In this document: in pieces, positions 15,253 to 29,798 of the stretch
How positions within the stretch are numbered: the stretch's first letter is position 1
Layout: each line of letters starts with the position of its first letter
NCBI GenBank assembly: GCA_951406725.2
Contig: OX597817.1
Coordinates: 86,428,001 to 86,492,000 of the forward strand
Length of the DNA: 64,000 nt
DNA from: Octopus vulgaris
Taxonomy: Eukaryota
Reading direction: 5' to 3'
Translations under genes and position numbers: made by a program
The notes under the pieces: generated by a model
The model's database searches: none
What the model was told of the DNA's origin: nothing
The model's input: only the letters and a program-made list of their open reading frames with translations

Positions 15253-15459
15253 CTCTTTTACTTGTTTCAGTCATTTGACTGCGGCCATGCTGGAGCACCG
15301 CCTTTAGTCGAACAAATCGACTCCAGGATTTATTCTTTGGAAGCCTAGTACTTATTCCATCAGTATCTTTTGCCGAACCACTAAGTTACGGGGTCGTAAA
15401 CACACCACCATCGGTTGTCAAGCGATGTTGTGGGGACAAACACAGACACACAAACATAT

Positions 15460-15498
<39 letters not shown>

Positions 15499-15660
15499 CG
15501 ACGGGCTTCTTTCAGTTTCCGTCTACCAAATCCACTCACAAAGGTTTCGTCGGCCCGGGGCTATAGTAGAGGACACTTGCCCAAGATGCCACGCAGTGGG
15601 TATGAACTCGAAACTATGTTGTTGGTAAGCAAGCTACTTACCACTCAGCCACTCCTGGGC
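15253..15660 (-). mobile_element. SINE family A copy
   Basis: Reverse complement of 312-710. Confidence 0.85.
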
Positions 15661-16014
15661 TTATAACATACACATAATCCACCACAAACACACCACACAC
15701 ACACGCAAACACACACACACACACACACACACATCGTTTTCTCCTTGTTCCTTATATACAGGAAACAATTACAAGCCATTCATTATCCTTGCTGTCTTCT
15801 CTATTTTAATGGATTCCGCTTTCAATTGACCTAACACACACACGCACCCACACACCACACACACACACACGCTAAACACACATAATATTGTATATGTGTT
15901 TGTTTGCGTGTGTGCGTGCGTATTAATGTATATGTACCTATGTACGTATCTATTTATGTATGTATTCACGTGCTTATGTATGTGTGTGTGAATACATGTA
16001 TGTATGCATGTATC

Positions 16015-16330
16015 TGGTCTGCAAGATTCTTTATGTGAATTCGTGTGTTAAACATATTTCATTGTCTGGGGAGACTCATTCTTTTTAATCAATTAAAACA
16101 CTCACCTGTTCCATTTTGACTCGTTTACTTATTTATTTTTACTAAAATTTCCGTTGTGTCTTGCAACCTTATCAATAGTCGTTGACTCTGACCGTTATCA
16201 GAGTTGCGTTCTTTTTCCTTGTTTGTTTGGGCGTTTATGTGCGTCATTGTGCATGTGTATACACATTTGTATGCATGTATATATGTATGTGTATATGTAT
16301 GTATGTATGAATGTATGTGTGTATGCATAT
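16015..16330 (-). mobile_element. Solo pLTR fragment of the 12185-14990 PLE family, with degenerate HHR at 16141-16179
   Basis: Matches 1-150 and 12200-12430; minus strand ACUA-UUGAUAA-G-GUUGC..ACAAC-GGAA-AUUU-UAGU. Confidence 0.7.
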
Positions 16331-16441
16331 ACATATATATATATACATATAATTTACTTTCTGTCGCTAAGTTTTCGTAGTATTAATTTGCGAGCGTACT
16401 TCAGTTGTCAATTGTTGAAACAAAGAAATTGTAAGCTAAGA

Positions 16442-16571
<130 letters not shown>

Positions 16572-16723
16572 GAAGTGAACGATAAAAATATGGCAAGAAG
16601 TGGACAGATGTACATATATATTTTTCCGTGTTAATTGTTAACAAGGTAAAATACACTCATCTGTTTATATATACATATATATATATGGAAAGCGGACGTT
16701 AAACGATGATCCGTGATCCTGAA

Positions 16724-16790
<67 letters not shown>

Positions 16791-16846
16791 AAAGCGGACG
16801 TTAAACGATGATCCGTGATCCTGAACGATATATATGTATATATATA

Positions 16847-17224
16847 CTAGCAGTATCGCCCGGCGTTGCTCGGGTTTGTTTCGACCCGCTGGAATTGGAA
16901 TTTTTGAAAAGTAAAAATTTTGCATTATGTAGCTTGTTATTCTCTTCAAGTGAACATTTTTCTGGTTGAAATACACCAAAAAGTGGCGACATAGCAGTGA
17001 AAAAATCGTAAAACCTAGGGAATTTTCATAGAAAAAAGCACCTTTTTGATGTAAATAATTTTTGGTGTTAACATGGTCCGATTTGAATTTTATCTGCTAC
17101 GGAAGGAAGAGCAACCCTTCTTCAATTTTTGTTAACTTGCGCCGCAGGGTCTCGGAGGAGATAGTGTTAGTTGAAGGTTACCAAACCTGGCGCAAACAGA
17201 CAACTTCAGCTTTATATAGAGAGA
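16847..17224 (-). mobile_element. Non-autonomous Helitron, different body, same 3' terminus
   Basis: CTAGCAGTATCGCCCGGCGTTGCTCGGG at 16847; 5' end CAGACAACTTCAGCTTTATATAGAGAGA. Confidence 0.75.
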
Positions 17225-17290
17225 AATAACACACACACATTAATCCACATACACACACACACATGTATGTATGTATGGATGTATGTATGT

Positions 17291-19707
17291 ATATATGTAC
17301 AACTGTCCACTTCTTGCCATATTTTTATCGTTCACTTCCTACACACACACACACATACGCGCGCGCACACACACACACACACACTCACACACACCTTCTT
17401 AGCTTACAATTTCTTTGTTTCAACAATTGACAACTGAAGTACGCTCGCAAACTTAGCGACAGAAAGTAAATTAAAAACCAATTTACCTTTTCTGTTGAGT
17501 TATCATGGCAATTCGAGCGTCTGATTTCCCTAAATCCGTATCTTTTCTTCAACTGAACTTACTTCCTATCGTTTCTTAAAGTCCTTTGTGAAATCTAGGA
17601 GTGCTTTTTTTTTTGTTCTTTCAGGAGAAAGTTTTGTTTCCTCGACACTAAAAACTAACGGGAAGTAGACAACAGTCCCAGTACAATTAGTCTAATAGTG
17701 TAACTCATAATGTGAGCGGCTAGCATCTACTCACCATATGTCAGTGAATTGTTGGTGCGTGTCTGCAAATGTGTTCGAATGAGAACGTGAATTGTGTTTG
17801 GCGCCTTTTTTACTAATAACAAACACACACGTCAGTGTGTGTTTGAGTGTTTGTATGTAGTTGTTTGAAACGTTTGTGTTTGTCACTGTCATATATGTAT
17901 ATGTTTGCAAGGAGTAAAGCATTTGAAATGAGAGAGGGAAATCGTAAAATATTGAGTTTCATCGAATTTTTGCTTAATTGGGGGTCAAATTGAAAGAAAT
18001 TTATATGCCATGACCCAATGAAATGTACTTCGAAAAATCATAGGTAAATTCCAATTGAAGAAATTGTGTGAGGAGTAAATCGTTATGTATTTATTTGTTT
18101 CTGTTTCCTGTGTATTTTTTAGAAGTGGTTGAAGGTACACTTGCAACGAGAAAGTAGGAGAAAGTGTGGCAAGTAAATCGTTATGTATTTATTTGTTTCT
18201 GTTTCCTGTGTATTTTTTTTTTTTGAGTAGTGGTTGAAAGTACACTTGCAAAGAGAAAGTAGGAGAAAGTGTGGTAATAGAGGGAGTGAAGCAGTTGAAA
18301 TTAAAGAGGCAAATCGTAAAATATTTAGTTTTCTCGAATTTTTGCTTAATTGGGGGTCAAATTGAAAAAAGTTTATATGCCATGACCCAATCGAATGTAC
18401 TTCGAAAAATCATAGGTAAATTCCAATTGAAGAAATTCTATATTGTACAATTGTATTAAAAACAAACTATGTGGGAGGCAGAGAAAATTTGCCTTTTATC
18501 ATAAGACTAGCAGTATCGCCCGGCGTTGCTCGGCGTTGTAAGGGAAATAACTATATAAGCATTTTTAGAGAGTTATAGCCAAAAAATAGCAAAAAAATGC
18601 ATTAAAAATTGAAAAAAAATTAAGGTAATTTTTTTTTAAATCGTTGACACATCGTAGATATTTTTAGAGAGTTACTTCCCTTATATAAAAGCGAAAAAAA
18701 TGCATTAAAATTGAAAAATATGATGGTAAATTTTTTTAAAATCGTAGACTCATCGTAGACGCGCGCTAATACCCAGAAGGGCTCGATATGAATCACGACT
18801 ATAAGATACCCGCTTTTGGTTAAACTGCACCGCAAAATGTGGGAGTAGTTACGAATCTAAATCGAAGGGGACAGACACACAACTTAACTCTTATATAAAG
18901 ATGCTTTTTTTTTTTCAGTCATAGAGTTAGATTTATGAAGGTCTTCAGTAGAAAATCCTTCGAATTCTGACTCGCTGCTTGATATAATGAAATTCGTATC
19001 CATTTTTTGTCAGAATTACAAATTTTGAAAACACAATAGGAACAAATTTCGGAAAAAAATCTCCCATAATTCACGGAATTAAAATTACACTTCGATTTTT
19101 GTACAAAACTGTATTTGAAGTGTTTACGAAGTATAATACGTGTTTTCACGAATGTACTAAAGAGATTTACTCTGATATTCTCATTTAAATATGAATAGGT
19201 AAATTCGGGCGGTTTGGTAACGAAAGGGTTTATATAAGTGTCGTCTGTTTATACATAAACACTGTTTCATACTTTCACACTCTGTCGCTAATTTACTCTC
19301 TTCCAAGAACATTTTCACTCACTGTTATCTGTTAGCTTCCCATACATTTTACTCATGTATCTATCAGCGTGATAGACAGAAACAAATATTACATTTACTT
19401 TCATTTTATTCGTCGCACACTGTGTGTGTGCGTTTGCGTGTGGTGTAAACCAGACTAAGAAAAGCATTTGACACACACACCAGAATGTGAGTTTTCTGTA
19501 AATTTTGCTTAATTGGAGTTTAAATTTTAAAAAACTGGACCTGGCATGACGCGATGCATTGTACTCTCAAAAATGCTAGGTAAATTGTAATTGAAGAATT
19601 CCTATATTGTAGATTTGTATAACTCCCAAAGGGAGGCATATAAAATCTGCCTTTTATAATAAGAGATTATAATAAGAGATAAGAGATTATAATAAGAGAT
19701 AAGAGAT
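17291..19707 (-). mobile_element. Head-to-tail Helitron array (junction 18506/18507)
   Basis: GCCTTTTATCATAAGA|CTAGCAGTATC junction; unit 18507-19664 matches 8480-10032; internal duplications 17940-18440. Confidence 0.75.
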
Positions 19708-19736
19708 ATATATATATCAGACAGAGAGAGGGGGAT

Positions 19737-19773
<37 letters not shown>

Positions 19774-19797
19774 GATGCATATATGTAAATAGACATG

Positions 19798-19828
<31 letters not shown>

Positions 19829-19829
19829 T

Positions 19830-20037
19830 TCTTTACTGCCCACAAGGGGCTAAACATAGAGGGGACAAACAAGGACACGGGAATTACAATGACCCCAGTT
19901 GCAACACTGGTACTTTATTTATCGACCCCGAAAGTATGAAAGGCAAAGTCGACCTCAACGGAATTTGAACTCAGAACATAACGACAGACGAAATACCGCT
20001 AAACATTTCGCCCGGCGCGCTAACGTTTCTGCCAGCT
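19830..20037 (-). mobile_element. tRNA-derived SINE (family B)
   Basis: Minus strand GCTGGCAGAAACGTTAGC...GAGTTCAAATTCCG..GAGGTCGACTTTGCCTTTCAT; many copies in window. Confidence 0.8.
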
Positions 20038-20286
<249 letters not shown>

Positions 20287-20511
20287 TATGCATATGTCAT
20301 AATGTATGCATTCATGAATGCATGTGTGTGTATTTATATATAAATGAAGATCTATGTTTGTATATGCTGTGTGTATGCCTTCGTATGCATTCGATATTAT
20401 TTATATTTGTAGATGTGTATGCGCGTCTGCGTGCTTTTGTATAAAACTGTTTCTGTTTTTGTATTATCTAACATCATACACACATTCAAAAACACAAACA
20501 CACACGCACTC

Positions 20512-20544
<33 letters not shown>

Positions 20545-21299
20545 TCCATACAAAATCACAAGTGGTGACAGGTTTTGTTTTGTTTTATTTTTTGTTTTTT
20601 ATTTTGCTGTTGTTTTTTATCGCACCCTATCACTACAGAACTTAAAGGAGCTCGGTTACTGAAAGTGGAACTTAACCTAACTATAGAATCAACAGAGAAA
20701 GCTTAAATGGAATAAATAACGTGATGGTGATGATAACTTCTTTCGGAACTAAAGACTCCATAGTATATCATTTGCCATTCTGATACGTATACGTTTGCCT
20801 CTTTTATACGCAAATTGGTGAATGTATATGGAAGCTATACTCGGTACGTGCAGGTGTATATCACGCCTACTTGTCTACCTCTATGTTGGAAATGCTATGT
20901 TGTATGTATATATACGTTCATTATTTATCTATGTTAGGGTTTGTGTATACATGTATGCTTATTCTGAAATAACTGCGCGTGTATGAGGCACAGTACAGAT
21001 ATATATATATATATATATACATACATGCGCATACATACATACATACATACATACATACATGCATGCATGCATGCATACATACATACATACATACATACAT
21101 ACATACATACATACATGCATGCATGCATGCATACATACATACATACATACATACATACATACATACATACATACATGCATACATACATACATGCATGCAT
21201 GCATGCATACATACATGCATACATACATAATATGTATGCATGCATACATACATGCATACCATACGTAATATGTATCAGAGATAAATTTTGATTAATCTG

Positions 21300-22290
21300 A
21301 TAAAGTCAATTTCTTGGATGCACTTTGACCACAGTCTATGGGTCACTGTCATGTTCTGGTAGTGGGCAGATTCAGCACACCGAGATTGTAGGGCGTGATA
21401 TGTACAATACCAAGTATGCCCTCACTGGGTGTTCAAAATGGCCGTTCACTGTCGGTACATGGAGTGCATGAGGCGGTTCACAAAAGCCATTGGCACATGT
21501 ACCCACACCCTGAGTAAAGCTGCCTCCAGTCCCACACGAGTTGTCGACCTTCAGACCACCTGGTTCAGCCGTCCCTGTATTTCATCTCACAGGTGTTCAT
21601 CTGGGTTCAAATCCGGCTGAGAGCCGGCCACAACATGATTCTGATGTTGTGCTGACAAATGAAGTCCATGGTGACCCTGGCCATGTGGAAGGGAGCATTG
21701 TCATGCTGGAAAACTTGGTTATGGTGACGCGCAAAGAAGGGCACGTGTGAGGTGTTAGGATCTGGTCAACGTAGCGCTGTGCTGTGATGTCATTCCCTCT
21801 GCCTGCATCAACATTTTAGAACACATGGGGCCCAGTTATCTGATTCAGACCTATAGCACCCGAAACCATGATTCTTTGGCCACCCCACACGTCTCTCTCC
21901 ATGACACATGCGTCTCTGTAGCGTTCACCCCTCCTACACCATGCCATCCGAGGTGGAAATACAGTACCGGCTCTCGTCAAATAAGACTATCGACTTCTGT
22001 TGCTCATGCCGCCAATGTCGGTGCTGTGTAGCCCACTGTGGTCGGGCCTGACGATGGCGGAAGGTGAGGGCAGGCCCACGAGCAGGACGACGGCAACGCA
22101 GGTTGTTGGCGACCAGTCGACGTCGTTGATAGGTCGCTGTCCAGTGCCAATCAATGGTCTCGCGAGCTGTCACGCTGGCCGGTTTGGTGGATGAAGTGGT
22201 CCTGCCTGGGCGTGTTCAACCGGGACGCCCTCTGCGGGCCTTTCGCAACAACCAGGGCACGTTGCCCTGCTTGCAATCGGCCGATGGCTT

Positions 22291-22362
<72 letters not shown>

Positions 22363-22372
22363 TCTCTCTCTG

Positions 22373-22405
<33 letters not shown>

Positions 22406-22712
22406 GCGCTACTGACAATCCGGTCATACCTGATTCGTCCAAATTACGAATCTGTAACATAGATTGGACACTACAAGGACAGACAAGACTGCACAAACAA
22501 AAAGGTGTGGGAAAAAACGAAAGAAAATGGATTCATGATACAAGATGAAAAAGGCGAAATAATGACTACAGGGGCACCACGACTCACGCAACATCATTGA
22601 ACCTTGTACAAGCAATTAACAAACATGCACAATTATAAGCTTACTGTAATCACCATGGGGTGATATAGAGTTCCAACTTAATTATTGTGAATAACTAGTA
22701 ATTTCCAAAGAA
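21300..22712 (-). mobile_element. Degenerate Tc1-like transposon
   Basis: Minus-strand motifs WATQHRHW..VLFDESRY, FQHDNAPFH, PDLNPDEHL (SPDLNPIE-like); interrupted by (CT)n; boundaries approximate. Confidence 0.8.
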
Positions 22713-22857
22713 CACATTTCGAAAAGGGGTAACAAAAATAAATTAAAGATCCATGCAATAAGTTTGAGCTCGTTATGTATTCAGTTGTGAAAGGATTGAT
22801 ATCTGAATCTCAGCATGTGGTCAAGGTGGGTTTTCTGGGGGATGTTGGTGGTGTGAT

Positions 22858-23805
22858 ATCCTATAGTCATGATTAATATCGAGCCCGTCTGGCTATTAGC
22901 GCGCGTCTACGATGAGTCTACGATTTTAAAAATAATTTAACATCATTTTTTATTCCATTTTAATGCATAATTTTTCGTGTGTCGATGGCGGCGGAGTTGG
23001 CGTCCACGCTCAAACACCTGCACCTGTGTTTGCTTCTCCCCCTTCTTCCCTCCCTCGTGAAGCTGTGGGGAAGGGAGTTTAAGGAAATCAACGTCGTAAT
23101 GCGTTGTCAAGGAGACCAGCGTTCTTTTAGAACAACGACTTCATGGCTTGAAGACACCAAAACAGAAATGGCTAAGAAAGCCCGAATTGGCATCTATAAA
23201 GGAAGTAACTCTCTAAAAATGCTTATATAGTTATTTCCCTTACAAACCCGAGCAACGCCGGGCGATACTGCTAGTCTATATATATAAAACTGTAGTTGTG
23301 TGAGTGTCTGTCTCTTACGATTTAGATTCCTAACTACTCCCACATTTTGCGGTGCAGTTTAACCAAATTCGGGTATCTTATAGTCGTGATTCATATCGAG
23401 CCCGTCTGGGTATTAGCGCGCGTCTACGATGAGTCTACGATTTTAAAAATAATTTAACATCATTTTTTTCCATTTTAACGCATATTTTTTCGTGTGTCGA
23501 TGGCGGCGGAGTTGGCGTCCATGGTCACACCTGCACCTGTGTTGCTTCTCCCCCTTCTTCCCTGCCTCGTGAAGCTGTGGGGAAGGGAGTGTAAGGAAAT
23601 CAACGTCGTAAAGCGTTGTCAAGGAGACTAGCGTTCTTTTAGAACAACGACTTCATGGCTTGAAGACACTGAGTCAACGATTTTTAAAAAAAATTACCAT
23701 CATTTTTTATTCCATTTTTAATGCATTTTTTTGCTAAAACTCTCTAAAAATGCTTATATAGTTATTTCCCTTACAAACCCGAGCAACGACGGGCGATACT
23801 GCTAG
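22858..23805 (+). mobile_element. Two head-to-tail non-autonomous Helitrons
   Basis: Junction GATACTGCTAG|TCTATATATATAAAAC at 23274/23275; second ends hairpin+CTAG at 23805. Confidence 0.85.
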
Positions 23806-24480
23806 TATATATATATATATATACATGCATACACACATATACATATACATATATACATACATACATATATACATACATACATACATACATACATACATAC
23901 ATACATACATACATACATACATACACACATACATGCATACATACATACATACATACATACATACATACATACATACATACATACATACATACATACATAC
24001 ATACAATGTATGGTCCATTTGTGCTGCTAGAAATAGATCGTGCGTCGCCTCAGTTATAGGTGGGGGATGGTGAATGAATCAATGTGTTTATCTGTGACCA
24101 ACATTCTTTGTTCGTTGTTGGTTTTTAAAGACAAAAAACACCAGGAAGTGCAATTGTATTGGCAATATGTTGGAAGTGCTTGTGAACAGATATACATATA
24201 TGAGTGTATGTGAGAGAGAGAGAGAGAGAGAGAGGTAGAGGGAGGGAAGGAGCGATTGTTTACATATCTAATGTATGTGCGCGCGCTTTATGTCAAATAA
24301 TGTGTAAATGATTAAGTGTATGTGTAGGAATGAATGTATGGTTATTTGTTTGTGAGTGTGTGTGTGCATATGTAACAATAAGTGATTAAATGTGTGATTG
24401 AATGGCCGTTTGTAAGTAGATGTGTGAGAAGTAGCTGTTCATATGTGCGTGTGTGTGTATATGAAGGAAGGAGAGAATGT

Positions 24481-24534
<54 letters not shown>

Positions 24535-25084
24535 GTGTGTGCGTGTGCTGATGAGTCACATAGCATGGCCGATCCCCCGAATTATTTCTACCTGTGGATT
24601 TATTTTGAGGTCAGCTTAATTTGAAAGGCAAGTTTAAAGTAGGTGGGTGACGCAGACACAGAGAGAGAGAGACAGACAGACAAAGGCAAGGGAGGCGGGA
24701 AGAGGTGAAATAAGAGGAAAGAGTTGAAGGAAGAGGGAAGAGGTGAAAACAATACAGATAGAGAAGGAGCAGCGTGGGGAACGAATGATAAAACAGTGAG
24801 GCAATCAAAAATGTCAATGTAACATACGTTACTATTGACTCACGTTTGACGTAGTAATGTCGATTGTGTACACGCACCAGTGTGCCAATACGTATACACA
24901 CACACACACATATATAGATAATGATATAAATACACCCATGCATCCATATATATAATATTCACACTCACAAATATTTATTTATATCTATGTATGCACACAC
25001 TCAATATTTATTTATGTCTATGTATACACAAACATACACATAAATCTAGGTCGTAGTACGATGTTAGTTCAACTGAGATATTTA

Positions 25085-26343
25085 TTGGGTTGGCAAGAAA
25101 GTAATTTCGTTTTCACAAATAGAATTAAGATTTTTTTAATGACTTTAGTCAATGTTGTGATTTTTTTTTCCTTTTGACATTTGATAGCCGTTACTTTTAG
25201 CTTTCTTTAGAAGCAAATTGCGTGTAATTTTGTTTACAGCTATTAGTTCAGTGACAGTTTTATCATGGAGTAGAAAAACGAACATTTTCGCCATATTTTG
25301 CTCTTCTATTTCTGTAAAGGCAAGAAAGCCGCTGAGGCTCACAAAGATATATGTGAAGTTTATGGTGTTGATTGCTTAACAGAACGCACATGTCAGAAAT
25401 AGTTTTAAAAATTCCATTCTGGAGATTTTTCACTCGAAGATGACCAACATTCTGGTCAACCTCCTAAAGTTGATCATAACCGAATCAAATTCATAATTGA
25501 ATCTGATTGTCATTTAACTGTGTGAGAGATTGCAGAGAGGTTAAATGTATCACACATAATTGAAAATCTCTTAAAATATCTTGGACTTATTAAGAAGCTC
25601 GATATTTGGGTTCCACATTAATTGAAAGAGATTCACTTAACACAACGAATCAATATCTGCGATATGCATCTGAAACGCATGAAATAGACGTTTTTCTTCA
25701 AACGAATCATCACTGCTGATGAAAAATGGATTGTCTACAATAACATCAATCGAAAACGATCATGGTCCAAGAGTAATGAACCAGCACAAATCACATCGAA
25801 AGCTGAATTGCATAAAAAAAAACTATGCTGTCAATTTGGTGGGATTATAAACGTGTTGTGTATTTTGAGCTGCTTTCAAGGGACCAAACGATCAATTCAG
25901 ATGTTTACTGTCAACAACTAGTGAAACTGGAGGAAGCAATTTAAAAAATGGCTAAAATTGGCAAATCGTAAAGAAATCGTGTTCTACCATGACCACACAC
26001 GTCTTTGCTAACCCATGAGAAACTATTGGAGCTTGGTTTGGAAGTGATGTCACATCCACCATATAGCTCTGATCTTGCACCACCAGATTACCATTGAAGT
26101 TTGCAAAATTCTTTGAATGGTAAAACTTTCAATAATGATGATGACCTGAAATCGCACTTGCTGCAGTTTTTGGCTAATAAAGAATAGAAGTTCTATGAGT
26201 GCGGAATCATAAATTTGCCAGAAAGATAACAAAAGGTCATCGAACAAAATGGAAAATATATAATTGATTAAAGTTCATTCTTTGTATGAAAAAAATGACT
26301 TGTTTCACATTAAAAAAATGAAATTAATTTCTTGCCAACCCAA
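25085..26343 (+). mobile_element. Full-length mariner (~1.26 kb) with TIRs, TA target duplication and dead transposase
   Basis: TIRs TTGGGTTGGCAAGAAAGTAATTTC / GAAATTAATTTCTTGCCAACCCAA flanked by TA; motifs WVPH, ITADEKWIVY, HPPYSSDLAPPDYH with stops and frameshifts. Confidence 0.95.
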
Positions 26344-26465
26344 TAATTACTAAAAGTTCACCGACAACTCAAAAGTTAGTTGAGGTTCTTAAAGAATGGG
26401 CCACAAATATCAAAATACACAAAGAAGATGCAGAACGTTTGCCACGAGAGTTATCTTACGGAACA

Positions 26466-26503
26466 TCAATATGTTTCGGTAATTTTTCACTTCGTCAGAG
26501 TCT
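26466..26503 (-). ncRNA. Degenerate hammerhead motif
   Basis: CUGACGA-A-GUGA/AAAA/UUAC-C-GAAAC-AUAU; cleavage site and helix I decayed. Confidence 0.4.
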
Positions 26504-26809
26504 GTTGAACTCAAGGCAATTATTCGTTTAGCAGTATAATAAATATTTAGCTAGGACTTGGCATCAGCAGTGGTTTATTTTAAACATCAAAGTAATGGAA
26601 TAGTTGTCTATCCGTAGTAAAAATGCATCGGTAGGGTGTTCTACTGGGAGAAAAATTAATAAACTGGTACACTAAAATACATACAAGGGTTATTTCGTTA
26701 ATCCTTTCCACCTCTCTCTCTCTTTCTCTCTCTCTCTTTCTCTCTCTCACTTTCTCTCCTTCTCTCTTTTTCTCTTACTTTCTCTCTTCTCCATGCTTTC
26801 AAACATAGT

Positions 26810-26960
26810 TCCATGGTTAACAAGTTCGCTTCATAATCATGTAGTTTTCGGTTCAATCCGACTTGGCGGCACAATGGGTAAGTGTCTTCTACAACAGGTT
26901 CTTAATGCCAATGCCTTGTAAGTGGATTTGGTAAAAGTAAACTATGTAGAAGATCATCAT
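26810..26960 (+). mobile_element. Degenerate SINE family A 5' part
   Basis: GGTTCAATCC...AAGTGTCTTCTAC...GTGGATTTGGTA. Confidence 0.65.
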
Positions 26961-27000
26961 GTATATTCCTCTATATATCTTTGTGTGTGTGTATGCATAT

Positions 27001-27047
<47 letters not shown>

Positions 27048-27403
27048 AACAATAATAAACAGGTGAAGAACGAATATATATATATATGCAAATATGTATG
27101 TATGTCATCTGACATGTGACACCCATTACACCTGTACAGGTAATGTCGATTTGATGGAGTTAATGAGCTTATGTGTACACAAACATTTGATCACTATAAA
27201 CAAATCATCTGTATGGTTGTTCGATAAGAAATTGGCGAACACTTATTCGCCGTCTAACGACGGGAGAGTCGCAGAATGTGTGACGAAAGGTGTTGTGTCC
27301 AGACAATGGGTATAAAATAAGAACAATAATAAACAGGTGAAAAACGAATATATAGTGCGTGTGTTTATTTGGCAAGAAAAAATGGCCATCCCCAAATATA
27401 ACA

Positions 27404-27460
<57 letters not shown>

Positions 27461-27936
27461 GGTATGTAGAAAAATACAACATGGACAAGAACGTATAACT
27501 CTTAGAAGACGATACAATAAACACGGACAGGACATTCGAAACCCTCAGTCTTCAGTCAAGAACCGGATCATCGTAGTAATTTCGGCTGATTCAAGCTTTT
27601 AATAATTTTTCTTACTAACTATACATTTCACCACCACGCCTTCCTATCATTTACAATAACTTCACACCTAAACACACCCTCTATCCCACATACTATTCTG
27701 TCACACTTGCCAACCGCCACACACCTCCACACACACACCAAGAAACCACCTCACTCCCATACAACACACACGCGCACACACACAGACACACACCTATTCT
27801 ATCTCCATACTCGGGTTCTGTCGGAAACATGCGCTCACTGCTCTGCATCTTCCTGTCTTCCTACCTCGCTGGCGCCAAACTTTTCTTTCTTCTTTTCTCA
27901 CCATCTCCTCTCCTATTGTATTCCTATTCTTTCTTT

Positions 27937-27976
27937 CCTTTTTATCTGATGAAGGATAACGTCCGAAATGTCAAGG
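27937..27976 (+). ncRNA. Minimal type I hammerhead motif
   Basis: CUGAUGA-A-GGA/UAACG/UCC-GAAA-UG-UC-AAGG; helix III AUGU is probably CpG decay of ACGU; helix I weak. Confidence 0.55.
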
Positions 27977-28159
27977 AATCTTTTCTCTCTTTTTAAGCGA
28001 TATACTAATAGCATTCTTATTAAATCTTCTCTCTCTCATTTTGTCTTCTTTTTGCTCATTTACTATATATGTGTGTGTGTGTGTGTGTGTGTATACACAT
28101 ATATATTTATACATATATATCCACACATACACACACACATACTTGTGTCTATGTATATA

Positions 28160-28200
<41 letters not shown>

Positions 28201-28849
28201 TTTAAATTAAATTATATACATATGTATTTACATGAGTGTGATTGTGTGTATGTGTGTGTGTGTGTTTGTTTGTGTGTGTGTGCGTGTGTGTGCGCGTGTG
28301 CGTGTGTGAATGTGTGTGCTTTGTAGAATATATTTATATATGTACATTATATAATTGCGTGCCAGAATACTCCTTCACGTCAGCTACCAACAGTTCCCGG
28401 TTTAGGGTGTTAAGCGTACGAACAGTTCACGGTTTAATGTGTAAAGCATGCGAAATCCCTTTCAAAACGTTATTCGCACATATATCGTCTTCTGTCTGAT
28501 AATCATAAAAGATACATTGAAATTCTTTACACCTCTTCCAGAAGCTATTTTTTTCTCTTCTATTCATCTTCAATGAATGAAATTTCGTAGAGTTATCTAG
28601 TTATCTCTCTAATTATTTCAGCTTAAAAAGAAATTATCCCCGCCAATGCTGCCATAAACTCTTGTAAAGTATATAATGTCTAATAAACTACATTTTCGCA
28701 GTTCATATTTTTTAAAAAGCGCAGTTTCATATTAATATTACACTTACATAAGGCGGCGAGCTAGCAGAATCGTTAGCACGCCGGACAAAATGCTTAGTGT
28801 CCGCATTAAAATTATGAATTCAAATTACGTAATATTTTATTTTACTTCT

Positions 28850-29120
28850 GCGCCCTTTTCCAGCCTAGCCAGGCTCAAGGGCCCGGTTTCCCGGTTCCTG
28901 TGGCGTATGTGTTTCCTCCAGCTAGACAAGACGCTAGTCCATCGCAGCGTTACTCAAGAAACAAAAAGAAAGAGTGAGAGAAAGTTGGGGGAAAGAGTAC
29001 AACATGGGTCGCCACCACCCCCTGCCGGAGCCTCGTGGAGCCTTAGGTGTTTTCTCTCAATAAACACACACAACGCCCGGTCTGGGAATCGAAACTGCGA
29101 TCCTCCGCTTCCCTAACCAA
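28850..29120 (-). mobile_element. SINE-like repeat
   Basis: Minus-strand tRNA-like head GGTTAGGG..GCAGTTTCGATTCCCAGACC. Confidence 0.55.
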
Positions 29121-29376
29121 ATTATGTAATAACTAAACATTAATTTTCTGCTACCAGATTCTAGTAGTTTCCGTATTAAAAACCCGCGACAAAATAAAAG
29201 TTTCATTTTAATACTTAGTGCCCACTTTTTGTTTCATAATAAACCTCTAGAATGCGTGTGTGTGTGTGCGCACGTATGTCTGTATATTCATGTATTATAA
29301 GGCAGAAGTTACAAATAAATTCAAGGGTTAAGAGTTCGTGCATTGGCAAACGTATATATGTATTTGTTTATATATA

Positions 29377-29384
29377 TAATAATC

Positions 29385-29480
<96 letters not shown>

Positions 29481-29481
29481 T
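29377..29481. repeat. (TAA)n microsatellite
   Basis: Direct reading. Confidence 0.95.
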
Positions 29482-29637
29482 TAGGGAGTATAACTCCAAA
29501 CTTACAGGGAAAGATTCAAATAGTGGTTTTATCTGTAATTTATATTTTATATATATATATATATATACACATACATACACACACACACACGCATATATAC
29601 ATACATACATACATACATACATACATACATACATACA

Positions 29638-29670
<33 letters not shown>

Positions 29671-29719
29671 GTGCGTGTGCGTGTGTGTGTGTGTGTGCGC
29701 GTGTGTGTGTGAGAGAGAG

Positions 29720-29798
<79 letters not shown>

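Noticed and set aside
24548-24595. CTGATGA followed by a small hairpin
   Set aside because: No GAAA or helix III; better read as a chance or AP-1-like TGAGTCA site.
25716-25730. CTGATGAAAAATGG
   Set aside because: Encodes the ADEKW motif of the mariner transposase; no HHR helices.
27048-27352. 31 bp direct repeat enclosing a hairpin plus GAAA
   Set aside because: May be another pLTR-type unit, but the catalytic core is too degenerate to call.
27525-27600. CTGAAGA..GAAT on the minus strand
   Set aside because: No convincing helix II, III or I.
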